64,000 nt of DNA from assembly GCA_964500415.1 (NCBI GenBank), contig CAZCOB010000007.1:10934-74933 (forward strand), given 5' to 3'. Positions within the stretch are counted from its first letter, which is position 1, and each line of letters opens with the position of its first letter. This stretch comes from an uncultured Dehalococcoidaceae bacterium (lineage in GTDB: Bacteria > Chloroflexota > Dehalococcoidia > Dehalococcoidales > RBG-16-60-22). The position numbers were made by a program, and so were the translations under genes. This document shows positions 34,447-43,481 of this stretch, in pieces. The notes beneath the pieces were generated by a model, which did no database searches, had not been told where the DNA came from, and worked only from the letters and a program-made list of their open reading frames with translations.

Positions 34447-35178
34447 ATGATTCAGGAAAAGCCAGAAGCCGTAAGTCTATATATAGTAGAAGAGCAGGAA
34501 ATCTACCGGGAAATGTACAGTTATATCCTTCCGAACCGGGCAAATGTTGAAATACTGAGAATCTCTGGAAACAGTGATATAGAATCTATGGGGCGGGCGG
34601 TATCTGAGCTTGTTCCTGACGTTTTAATATTGAGTGTCAAGAAGCTTGATTCGGGAATTATTGAAGAACTGGAGCGAATCAGGAATGACTATCCCAGGAT
34701 GGGGATAATTATTTTAATCATATTTTACAGCTCGCAGGATATTGAACTGCTGCGCCGGCTGGCCCTCAGTGGAGAGAGCGGTATGGCGCTTTTTTTGAAA
34801 CAATCCCTGGACAAGGTAGACCAGCTGTGCCAGTTTATTATGGCGGTCAGCCAGGGGCAGGTTATCCTCGACCCGCCATTGGCGACTTTCATGTTCGCCG
34901 GAAAGCCGGAGTGCCCCTTCCTGAAACAGCTCACCACCCGCGAACTGGAAATTCTTAGCCTTCTCTCGCAGGGATACACCAACTCGGCCATCGCTGAAAC
35001 CCTCTTTATCGATATCAAGACCGTCGAACATCACCTGAACAGTATGTACAGCAAGCTCAAGGCAGACCCCGATTATAATTCGAAACACCTGAGAGTAAGC
35101 GCCGCCCGGCTTTACCTGGAAACGATGGGCACGCTATACCCGAAAGAAGAACCTCTGGCACGCGTTGCGGGACACTGA
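34447..35178 (+). CDS. NarL/LuxR-family regulator with atypical (non-phosphorylatable-looking) receiver domain
   Basis: 243 aa. C-terminal LuxR HTH LTTRELEILSLLSQGYTNSAIAETLFIDIKTVEHHLNSMYSKL. The receiver aligns by eye to NarL, but it has EE for the acidic pair and S at the phospho-Asp position (DVLILSV). Confidence 0.75.
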   Translation: MIQEKPEAVSLYIVEEQEIYREMYSYILPNRANVEILRISGNSDIESMGRAVSELVPDVLILSVKKLDSGIIEELERIRNDYPRMGIIILIIFYSSQDIELLRRLALSGESGMALFLKQSLDKVDQLCQFIMAVSQGQVILDPPLATFMFAGKPECPFLKQLTTRELEILSLLSQGYTNSAIAETLFIDIKTVEHHLNSMYSKLKADPDYNSKHLRVSAARLYLETMGTLYPKEEPLARVAGH

Positions 35179-35183
35179 AGACC

Positions 35184-35501
35184 TCAAAGTAGAAAAATAA
35201 CCAGTTCCTTGATGTTCCAGATAACTACAAGAATGAGCAGGCCGATTGACGGCCAGAGGAGGCGGCCCGGCATCAACCAGGCGATGAGAACCGGGATAGC
35301 CAGTTTAACCATAAGAAGTAATGCGGGAATCTGAACCAGGAATCTGATAAACGGATTGATTTCAGTCAAGCCGAGGTTCGCCGCCAGGACTGTCAGCGCA
35401 AGGTCAAATCCGCACAGCAGTATAAACGAGGACTTCTCCACGGTACACCTTTTAAATGTCGCCGAAGAACCCCACCAGCTCGCTTCCATTCCGATAATCA
35501 A
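35184..35501 (-). CDS. Small integral membrane protein (DUF5658-like)
   Basis: 105 aa with 3 hydrophobic helices. The LTEINPF motif is reminiscent of DUF5658. The start codon is uncertain. Confidence 0.4.
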   Translation of the reverse strand: MIIGMEASWWGSSATFKRCTVEKSSFILLCGFDLALTVLAANLGLTEINPFIRFLVQIPALLLMVKLAIPVLIAWLMPGRLLWPSIGLLILVVIWNIKELVIFLL

Positions 35502-35743
35502 CCGCCTTTACTTCTTACCCTAATAGTAACCCAATTATCTCAACTAATACAAATATACTTGCCCTTCAGATCTCCCGTAATTAACGGATGCCTTAGTCTC
35601 ATACTCATAAAAAACAGGTCTTATTGCGAGTTCGGGCCTGCCACTTTGTCAAAAATGGTCGGCCATATATTTGACTTTATTTAACAGGGGAAATAGACTG
35701 ATTGTGGCTAATACTCAATAAAGTACTGTTGGAGGAAGTCACT

Positions 35744-36820
35744 ATGAAAGCCGCAGTTTGTTATGAATTCGCTAAACCGCTGGTGGTGGAAGAGGTGGAT
35801 ATCGACCCGCCGAAGAAAGACGAGGTAAAGGTAAAGATAGCCGCGACTGCCGTCTGCCACAGCGATATTCATGTCTGCATGGGAGAACTGGGTGGTGAAG
35901 TGCCCTTTATCGGTGGGCATGAATCCGCCGGTTACGTCGAAGAATTGGGAGAAGGCGTTACCTCGGTAAAACCCGGCGACCCCGTGGTGGTCTCGCTTCT
36001 GGCATCCTGCGGGAAATGTAGTTATTGCCGGACGGGACGCAGCCACTTGTGCAGCTACATGTGGCCTCTGGATAAGGAAAGCCGCGCTCACAACAAGAAG
36101 GGACAGGACCTGCCCCCGATGGTAAGGACGGGTACTTTTGCCGAATATGCCATCGTGCACGAGTCGCAGGTGGTGAAAATACCCGCGGACATGCCGCTGG
36201 ACAGGGCTTCGCTGCTGGCCTGCGGTGTTATTACGGGATTCGGTGCGGTGGTCAACCGGGCTAAAGTCCCGGTGCTCAGCAGCTGCGTTATCATCGGCAC
36301 GGGGGGTGTCGGCCTCAACGCTGTACAGGGTGCGGCTATCTCCGGTGCTTACCCGGTCATAGCCGTTGACGTCTCGGACAGCAAGCTGGAAGCGGCCAAA
36401 ACTTTCGGAGCTACCCATACGGTAAACGCGGCGAATTCAGATGCCGTCACGACCGTCCGCGAAATGACGGGTGGTGCTGAATATGTCTTTGTCACGGTAG
36501 GCAACGCGGACGCGATAATCCAGGGCTTTGGCATGTTGAGACCGGGCGGCATGACCGTCGTGGTAGGCCTGCCTAAGGTTACCGATACCATAACTCTTTC
36601 ACCGCTTATGTTCATCAAGGACGAGAAAACACTTACCGCCAGCTATATGGGCTCCACGGAGCTGCAGACGCATATTCCCAAACTGATAAATCTTTATAAG
36701 GCGGGAATTCTTAAACTTGACGAGCTTATCACCGGGAGGTATCCGCTGGACCAGATAAACGAGGCTATAGACTCGGTGGTGAAGGGTAAAGCGTTGAGAA
36801 ATGTGATAGTGTTTCAGTAA
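35744..36820 (+). CDS. Zinc-dependent alcohol dehydrogenase (class III / medium-chain dehydrogenase family)
   Basis: The ATG at 35744 has a GGAGGA RBS, whereas the track's TTG at 35702 is an unlikely extension. Motifs CHSDIH, GHESAGYVEELGEGV, structural-Zn Cys cluster CGKCSYCRTGRSHLC, and GTGGVGL. Confidence 0.85.
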   Translation: MKAAVCYEFAKPLVVEEVDIDPPKKDEVKVKIAATAVCHSDIHVCMGELGGEVPFIGGHESAGYVEELGEGVTSVKPGDPVVVSLLASCGKCSYCRTGRSHLCSYMWPLDKESRAHNKKGQDLPPMVRTGTFAEYAIVHESQVVKIPADMPLDRASLLACGVITGFGAVVNRAKVPVLSSCVIIGTGGVGLNAVQGAAISGAYPVIAVDVSDSKLEAAKTFGATHTVNAANSDAVTTVREMTGGAEYVFVTVGNADAIIQGFGMLRPGGMTVVVGLPKVTDTITLSPLMFIKDEKTLTASYMGSTELQTHIPKLINLYKAGILKLDELITGRYPLDQINEAIDSVVKGKALRNVIVFQ

Positions 36821-36845
36821 CTCGACTCGAAACCTGAATCTGAGA

Positions 36846-36884
36846 TAAAAAATAAGGCCGGGACTTCATAGCCCGGCCTTTTCT
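36846..36884. terminator. Bidirectional Rho-independent terminator
   Basis: 9-bp stem AAGGCCGGG (36854..36862) / CCCGGCCTT (36872..36880) flanked by an A-run upstream and a T-run downstream. Lies between convergent genes. Confidence 0.75.
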
Positions 36885-36910
36885 ATTAATGATATCCGTA
36901 TCTTACACAG

Positions 36911-37837
36911 CTAACTCTGGCCTGGAGGTGTGAAGAAGCTGTCGCCCCATCCTTCCGCCATGGTACCGCAACCAAGCATAATTGCCATCTCGATAAAAGG
37001 CTTCTTTACGTCGAGCCATTTTAGCGGGCCGTGGCGCAGGCCTCTCGGAACGTACATGCCGTAACTGGTATCGAATTGCAGCGTATCGCCGCCCATGCCG
37101 AACTCCATCGTGCCGCCGAGGTTTTCGGGATTCTCCGGGTCGCCGCCGATATGCAGTACGATTTCGTCGAATTTCTTATGGGCCATCTCCGGGATACCCG
37201 GTTTCACCAGGCCCCATATCCAGCCGAATTCTATATAATAGTTGGCAACGTTTATCTGGGTGCTGCTCATGTATGTCATCGTTGGAGTCTGGCGGCCGCT
37301 TTCAAATCCACGACCTGCCTCTCGCATGGGACTGCGGATTACATATTGTTCGTAGTCGAATTTCTCTTTCCTCACGGGCAGTCCTTCTTTAGGTTTGGAG
37401 ATTCCGCTTTCGCCCCATCCGGCAAATGGGTCTCCTGTGCCCAGCATCATGGCCATCTCGATATGTGGAAACCGGAATTTCTTCCAGGTTAACGGACCAT
37501 GAGGTGTCCCTTTGGGAATGAAAATACCGGTGGTGGTATTGAAGGTAATGGGTTGCCCGTCGATATAAAACTCGATTTCTCCACCGAGGTCCTGCGGGAC
37601 TTCGGGATTGCCTCCCCAGTGTAGAACAATCTCATCATAATCATGCACGTGTTCGTGGATATGGGGATTGGGTTCGGGGATGTCATATATCCAGCCGAGT
37701 TCGATATAATAATTGGCTTCTGGAACCTGCTTGCTGCTCATGAAAGTCATCGTTGGGCTTTGGCGGTTTTTAATTCCTGGTCCCGCTTCGTATAGTGGCT
37801 TGCGAACTGCGTATTTTTCATATTCCGATTCCGACAT
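36911..37837 (-). CDS. Bicupin protein, KYG-motif family (two fused cupin domains)
   Basis: 308 aa. Domain 1 starts MSESEYEKYAV and carries PHIHEHVHDYDEIVLHWGG / IPKGTPHGP. Domain 2 starts KFDYEQYVI and carries AHKKFDEIVLHIGG / VPRGLRHGP. Lies 23 nt after the Mo-enzyme gene. Confidence 0.7.
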   Translation of the reverse strand: MSESEYEKYAVRKPLYEAGPGIKNRQSPTMTFMSSKQVPEANYYIELGWIYDIPEPNPHIHEHVHDYDEIVLHWGGNPEVPQDLGGEIEFYIDGQPITFNTTTGIFIPKGTPHGPLTWKKFRFPHIEMAMMLGTGDPFAGWGESGISKPKEGLPVRKEKFDYEQYVIRSPMREAGRGFESGRQTPTMTYMSSTQINVANYYIEFGWIWGLVKPGIPEMAHKKFDEIVLHIGGDPENPENLGGTMEFGMGGDTLQFDTSYGMYVPRGLRHGPLKWLDVKKPFIEMAIMLGCGTMAEGWGDSFFTPPGQS

Positions 37838-37860
37838 CTGGTTGCGCTCCTTTATAGTTA

Positions 37861-39984
37861 TTACTCTGCTTTATAAACTTTACATAACAGTGCTGTGAGG
37901 TCCGGCGAACCGAACATGGGGTCGCAGTGGTCGTTCGAGGTAAGCACGTTGGGATTGGACTTCAGCATTCCGTGTAGCGGCCCCGGTTCCTCCGGATAGA
38001 AACAGTTGGCGGTAGCCATCACTGCCCCCGGGTGAATGCCGGGAAACAACCTTGCCTTTTGCTTTATCCTGCCCCGCGGCGATTCAATCCAGGCCCAGTC
38101 TCCATCATCAATTCCTAATTTATTTGCCGTATCGGGGTGAATCTGCACCACCGGGTCTTTCTGGAAACTCCTCAACCAGGGAATGTTGCGGTACTGCGAG
38201 AGGAAATAGAAAGGCTGGCGGTAGCCGGTGGAAAGCACCAGCGGGTATTCTTTCGCCAGTTCCGGCGTGGAAATGGGGCTTTCGCCGGGCTCCTGGAAAT
38301 AGGGGAGGGCATCATACCCCAGCTCTTCGAGAACGGTGGAGAAAAATTCAAACTTTCCGGTAGGCGCGGGGAAACCGCCGCCTTTTCTCCAGTAATCGGT
38401 CTTGTATTTGTAGTAAATCTGGTCTTTACCCATCTTGGCCAGGACACCCTTTTCACTGAACTCTTTCCAAGTAAGGCCGGACTTTCTCACCGTGTAGTCC
38501 AGCATCTTCTCGACGTTTTCGAACCAGAGATCGGGGGCCATCCTTTTGCCGATTTCGTTAAATATTTTATTGTCGGGCCAGGCCTCGCCGGGTGGGTCGA
38601 CGGTCTTGTTAATGGCCTCGATCATAAAACGCGGGTGCATATTGTAGATATCATCCATCTCCAGCCAGTGGGCCGCCGGCAGGACGATATCGGCGTGTTC
38701 CGCCATGGGTCCCATGAACTGGTCGGCATGTACCAGGAAGTCCACGTTGTGTATTGCCTGCAAGACCTCCCCGGTGTTGGCCAGGTGGAGTATTTGCTGG
38801 CCGCCGACGCTGAACCATACTTTTACCACGGAATTGCCGTTGACCAGTTGCTTGATAACGCTGTCCGAGTGGGCGGTACGCGCCGCGCCCATTTTATATT
38901 TGTCGCTGCCCACGATTCCCTGTCGCATTTCATCGGTCAGCGGTAGCTCAAGGTAGAAATCTTCCAGAAGCCCGGTATCCGGAACCATCCAGCTCATCAT
39001 GCTGCCCGGCCTTTCGATGTTGCCGGTGAGTCCCATCAGGCAAATAATCGACCTAATTGTCTGGCCGCAGTTGGCCTGACGCTCCAGTGAGCTGCCGATC
39101 TGTATACAACCGGGTGTGTCCTCCGCGAAGAGTCGGGCCGCCTTGATGATATCGTCCGCCTTGAGCCAGGTGATTTCGGCGACGCGCTCCGGCGTGTATT
39201 CCTGGGCTCTCTCTTTCAGCTTGTCGAACCCGTAGGTCCATTTCTCAACGAACTCTTTATCCCACAATCCCTCGTTGATGATTATGTTTATCATGCCCAG
39301 CGCCAGGGCTGCATCCGTCCCCGGACGTATTTGCAGCCATAGTGTCGCCCGGGAAGAAAGTGCCGTTTCCCTCGGGTCGATAACAATCAGGTTCTTAACG
39401 TACCTGAGCGAGTTCAGGAACCAAACCGCCATCTCGGAATCGGCGCTGCTTATCTCCAGCTGCTTGGCCCAGGATATCTGTGTTTTGGGGAACTCTCCGC
39501 CCCAGCCGTGGTAATCGCAGTAAAGCCTGCCGTAACCCGTCACCAGACCGTACATACCCAGCCGGGGGCTGTGGCAAATATAGCCGGGTGTAATGATATT
39601 GGCCGTGCCTATCGACCGTGCCAGGCGGTGAGTATATCTGTTATAGCCCCGCCCTGTCCCCTGGGACACGGCGATTGACGAAGGGCCATATTTTTCTATC
39701 GATTCCTTCATCTTGCTCTCGATTGTTTCCAGCGCCTCGTCCCAGGTTATCCTTTGCCATTTCCCCTCACCCCTTTTCCCCATTCTTTTCAGGGGGTATT
39801 TGAGGCGGTCGGGGTGGTTGATATGCTGGATGCTGGATAGTCCCTTGGAGCACATCGTGCCCCAGGTTGGCGTGTCCGGGTTTCCCTCGATGTGGGTTAT
39901 TGCCCCGTCCTCGACGGTCACCAGGACGCCGCAGCCGCCGTGGCAGCCTTTACAGGTGGTCTTGATAATCTTTTTTTCGCTCAT
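37861..39984 (-). CDS. Molybdopterin (bis-MGD) oxidoreductase catalytic subunit, no Tat signal
   Basis: The likely start is the ATG at 39984 (MSEKKIIKTTCKGCHGGCGVLV, an N-terminal CxxCxxxC 4Fe-4S motif). The track start at 40047 would overlap the upstream gene. About 707 aa, typical of the DMSO-reductase family. No twin-arginine motif with either start. Confidence 0.85.
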   Translation of the reverse strand: MSEKKIIKTTCKGCHGGCGVLVTVEDGAITHIEGNPDTPTWGTMCSKGLSSIQHINHPDRLKYPLKRMGKRGEGKWQRITWDEALETIESKMKESIEKYGPSSIAVSQGTGRGYNRYTHRLARSIGTANIITPGYICHSPRLGMYGLVTGYGRLYCDYHGWGGEFPKTQISWAKQLEISSADSEMAVWFLNSLRYVKNLIVIDPRETALSSRATLWLQIRPGTDAALALGMINIIINEGLWDKEFVEKWTYGFDKLKERAQEYTPERVAEITWLKADDIIKAARLFAEDTPGCIQIGSSLERQANCGQTIRSIICLMGLTGNIERPGSMMSWMVPDTGLLEDFYLELPLTDEMRQGIVGSDKYKMGAARTAHSDSVIKQLVNGNSVVKVWFSVGGQQILHLANTGEVLQAIHNVDFLVHADQFMGPMAEHADIVLPAAHWLEMDDIYNMHPRFMIEAINKTVDPPGEAWPDNKIFNEIGKRMAPDLWFENVEKMLDYTVRKSGLTWKEFSEKGVLAKMGKDQIYYKYKTDYWRKGGGFPAPTGKFEFFSTVLEELGYDALPYFQEPGESPISTPELAKEYPLVLSTGYRQPFYFLSQYRNIPWLRSFQKDPVVQIHPDTANKLGIDDGDWAWIESPRGRIKQKARLFPGIHPGAVMATANCFYPEEPGPLHGMLKSNPNVLTSNDHCDPMFGSPDLTALLCKVYKAE

Positions 39985-40024
39985 ACATTTATATCTTTCG
40001 AGAATGATAATGGTCGTCTGCCTG

Positions 40025-40912
40025 TCAGTTAGGCGATTGTTGGGCAATGGCGACCAGCGGTTTATAGGCTCCCGCCTTGAGTACGCAATACCTCAGAGCC
40101 AACCCGCCGATTATTTCACAGGTGACGCCGGTTACCAGCAGCGTCGAGGAAAGCTCAGCGACGAAGTAGCTGGATAAGGCGATGGCCATTGGTACGACGA
40201 TACCCAGGACGACTATACCAACCCAGAAAACGGGGGCGAGATTGCCGCGTATCTGCTCCATAACCGATTTTTTCCCGGTCGCCTCGCGGTTAGACGCTCC
40301 CCAGAGATAGACGACTATCAGCAGGGCATTGACGATGAGTAGCCACCGACTCCCCGTTTCAGCGACGGCAACGTTGACGTTCCCCCCGTTCAGGCCGATG
40401 ATTACCGAGAGGCCGAATCCCCCCAGGATACCGCATAGGACGAATAATAGCGGCAGTAATGTAGAGTTCCAGAAGGGTACGGCCTTGACCGTGTTCAGTA
40501 CGAAACCGGTATATACTGCAATCGCCAGCGCCGAAATCCCCGCCAGCACCTTAAAGAAAATTTCTACAGCGGTGCCCGGCAGCCAGAATGAAAGCGCCAG
40601 TTGTGCCGCTGCGAAAACGGTGAATGCCAGCACGAAGATAATACCCCTGGCCAGCCAGGATGAGTTCGGACGGAAGATGATTCTCCAGAAACGCAGCGGT
40701 TTGCCCAGGTAGATAAGATGGGCGCCACCCTTGACCACGGCGATAATAAGCCAACTGAGGAACATACCCCACAGGCTGTTGAAGTACAGCGATACCAGGT
40801 AAAGTCCTCCGCCGAGTCCGCCAGCGTAAAAGGCAATCCAGAGAAAGATGCCCCGCCGGTCAATCCATTCCGTCTGGCGGGTATAATTTATCATCCATTC
40901 GTGTATTTCCAA
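40025..40912 (-). CDS. NrfD/PsrC-like integral membrane subunit
   Basis: 295 aa with about 8 hydrophobic helices. Located between the FeS and Mo subunits of a complex iron-sulfur molybdoenzyme-type operon. Confidence 0.75.
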   Translation of the reverse strand: MEIHEWMINYTRQTEWIDRRGIFLWIAFYAGGLGGGLYLVSLYFNSLWGMFLSWLIIAVVKGGAHLIYLGKPLRFWRIIFRPNSSWLARGIIFVLAFTVFAAAQLALSFWLPGTAVEIFFKVLAGISALAIAVYTGFVLNTVKAVPFWNSTLLPLLFVLCGILGGFGLSVIIGLNGGNVNVAVAETGSRWLLIVNALLIVVYLWGASNREATGKKSVMEQIRGNLAPVFWVGIVVLGIVVPMAIALSSYFVAELSSTLLVTGVTCEIIGGLALRYCVLKAGAYKPLVAIAQQSPN

Positions 40913-40916
40913 TTTA

Positions 40917-41639
40917 TTACTTCACTCCTGTCGGGGTAGGCTCATGCTCGGAATCGCCTCTTGTTTCCGTTACTTCGGAATATCCTATTTTACCGTCGAT
41001 GAAGTACACCGAGGGGTTGGTATCGTATTCCGGGTGCAGCTGGAACCCTCCGCGTTCCTTTATCAGGCGCGATATCTCGCTGTCGGGGTCGTCGAGGTCG
41101 CCGAAGGTCAGCGCCTGCGCCGGGCAGGTATTGACGCAGGCGGGCGTGGCATCGCGGTCGATTCCCGGTTTCAGGCCTTTAGCCAGCCCGGCATCTATTC
41201 TCTCTACGCAAAAATTGCATTTCTCCGTCGTGCCGATTTGATGAGGGTATCGTTCTTTGCCGGCTTTTTCGAAGTCGGTCTGCGTACTGCCGGGGAAAAA
41301 CCCTTTGTCCTTGTCTCTGGAAAGGAAAGTCCGGTTCTGATAAGGGCAGGCGATAACGCAGTAGCGGCAGCCGACGCATTTACTCTGGTCGATTACTACG
41401 ATGCCATCCTCGCGCTGATAGGTGGCGCCGGTAGGGCATACCTCGACACATGGCGCGTTCTGGCACTGGTTGCAGCGCACCGAGTAAGTCGATACCGTAG
41501 GTCTGTCGCCGCCCGTTTCCATGGCTACCAGTCTCGGCCATGACATGCCTATGGGCAAAAAGTGCTCGATGCGGCAGGCAGCCACGCAGGCATAGCACCT
41601 TATGCATCTGGTTAAATCTACGACCATTCCCCATCTCAT
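40917..41639 (-). CDS. 4Fe-4S ferredoxin-type subunit (DmsB/PsrB-like)
   Basis: 240 aa with four Cys clusters (CIRCYACVAAC, CNQCQNAPCVEVCP, CVGCRYCVIACP, CNFC...CVNTCP). First gene of the operon. Confidence 0.85.
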   Translation of the reverse strand: MRWGMVVDLTRCIRCYACVAACRIEHFLPIGMSWPRLVAMETGGDRPTVSTYSVRCNQCQNAPCVEVCPTGATYQREDGIVVIDQSKCVGCRYCVIACPYQNRTFLSRDKDKGFFPGSTQTDFEKAGKERYPHQIGTTEKCNFCVERIDAGLAKGLKPGIDRDATPACVNTCPAQALTFGDLDDPDSEISRLIKERGGFQLHPEYDTNPSVYFIDGKIGYSEVTETRGDSEHEPTPTGVK

Positions 41640-41924
41640 AGTAACATACCTCTAATATAAATTATCATATTGCACACAATATGTCAACGCTCTATAACGA
41701 AAGCGTAATAACAACAATAATTATATGTGCAATAGAACTATCATATAAATATTATAAGATGTATAACGTAATATTACTATAACTTAGGTTACATTTTACG
41801 GTTTATTTTTAATGAGGAAGTCGGCGGCTCAGGTAATGAATCTGAGCAATTTGTCTAAAAAATTTTAATATCATTACAAGTAGTGATATAATAAGGCCGT
41901 TTTTAGTACTTTCAGGAGGAAGAT

Positions 41925-43481
41925 ATGAGCGATAATAAGCAGGCAATAGTCACCACCGCATCCGGTAAAGTAGAGGGGATTTATCAGGAAGGACTGTACG
42001 TCTTCAAGGGAATCCCTTACGCCGCCCCGCCGGTCGGGGAATTACGCTGGATGCCTCCGCAGCCGGTAAAGCCGTGGGATGGAGTAAGACAGACGAAAGA
42101 GTTCGGGCCGATTTCTCCCCAGAATCCAATGGTAGGCGGGCCGATGACCCAAGTTGAACAGGCTCAGGATGAAGACTGCCTGTTCCTGAATATCTGGACT
42201 TCCGGTCTTGATGGTGCTCGCCGGCCGGTCATGGTCTGGATTCACGGCGGTGCCTTTACCATAGGCTCGGGTTCCGACCCCATGTATGACAATCCAGGTC
42301 TGGCTACCCGTGGCGATATTGTGCTGGTAACCATTAACTACCGACTCGGCATGCTGGGTTTCCTGAATCTGAAGGAAGTAACAGGAGGTAAAATACCCGC
42401 TACCGGTAATGAAGGACTTCTCGACCAGGTAGCCGCTCTGAAATGGGTCAAGGATAATATCACTGCTTTTGGCGGCGACCCCGCTAACGTTACCGTTTTT
42501 GGGGAGTCAGCCGGCAGCATGAGTATCGCCTGTCTTATGGCGATGCCCGCGGCTAAAGGGTATTTCCACAAGGGCATTCTGGAAAGCGGTGTCGGCAGTA
42601 CGGCGGGACCGCTGGATGATGCCGTGGATACGGCTGAGAAGTTCCTGAAACACGTCGGTATAAATGGCAATGATGTCGAGGCGCTGAGAGCGCTGACGGT
42701 ACAGCAGCTCCTTGATGTCGAGATGAAACTGAGGACAGATTTGGCCATGCCCGGCGAGGCTGCCAGGATAACGGCGACGGCGCCGGTAACCGACGGCGAG
42801 GTAATTCCCGGCGTGCCGAACCAGATGGCTAGGGCCGGTTCCGCTAAAGACATCCCGGCGATAATCGGTTCAAATCTTGAGGAGTGGAAGCTCTTCGGCA
42901 TGATGCAGCCCGGTATAAACGAGTTAACCGAAGCCGGTTTGATAGAACGGATAACTCCTTATATGTTGGAAAAGGATGCCAGAGAACTGGTAAGTACCTA
43001 TCACCAGGCACGGCAGAAACGCGGCGAACCGGTAACTAACTTCGAACTCTTGTCAGCGATTAATACCGATTTGATGTTCCGTATTCCCATCCTCGGACTT
43101 GTCGAAGCGCAGCGTGATAACGTTCAGCTTGCTTACAACTATCTCTTTACCTGGAAGTCGCCAGTAATGGGTGGTGCTCTGGGTGCCTGCCACGCTCTTG
43201 AAATCGGCTTCGTCTTCGGCGGGTATGACGATTTGTTCTGCGGTAGCGGTCCGGACGCGGATAAACTCTCGGAGTGCATTCAGGAAGCCTGGATAGCCTT
43301 CGCCCGCACTGGCAACCCCTCCTGCAAGGCTATTGGAGAATGGCCTGTTTACGGCAAGAACCGCGCCACGATGATGCTGGGCAAACCCTGCCACGTGGAA
43401 GAAGCGCCTTACGAGGAAGAGCGCAGCTACTGGGAAAAAATAGTGTGGGATACTGTAGTCCGTAAAACGGCTATGCCTTAA
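41925..43481 (+). CDS. Carboxylesterase type B (para-nitrobenzyl esterase-like)
   Basis: 518 aa with a GGAGGA RBS. Motifs EDCLFLNIW, WIHGGAF and nucleophile elbow FGESAGS. Its stop overlaps the stop of the convergent gene (ttaa). Confidence 0.85.
   Translation: MSDNKQAIVTTASGKVEGIYQEGLYVFKGIPYAAPPVGELRWMPPQPVKPWDGVRQTKEFGPISPQNPMVGGPMTQVEQAQDEDCLFLNIWTSGLDGARRPVMVWIHGGAFTIGSGSDPMYDNPGLATRGDIVLVTINYRLGMLGFLNLKEVTGGKIPATGNEGLLDQVAALKWVKDNITAFGGDPANVTVFGESAGSMSIACLMAMPAAKGYFHKGILESGVGSTAGPLDDAVDTAEKFLKHVGINGNDVEALRALTVQQLLDVEMKLRTDLAMPGEAARITATAPVTDGEVIPGVPNQMARAGSAKDIPAIIGSNLEEWKLFGMMQPGINELTEAGLIERITPYMLEKDARELVSTYHQARQKRGEPVTNFELLSAINTDLMFRIPILGLVEAQRDNVQLAYNYLFTWKSPVMGGALGACHALEIGFVFGGYDDLFCGSGPDADKLSECIQEAWIAFARTGNPSCKAIGEWPVYGKNRATMMLGKPCHVEEAPYEEERSYWEKIVWDTVVRKTAMP

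Noticed and set aside
37861-39984. Possible selenocysteine (TGA) recoding in the molybdopterin enzyme or the NuoF/NuoG-like proteins.
   Set aside because: All these ORFs are continuous without in-frame stops, and the N-terminal Cys cluster is intact. Nothing suggests recoding.
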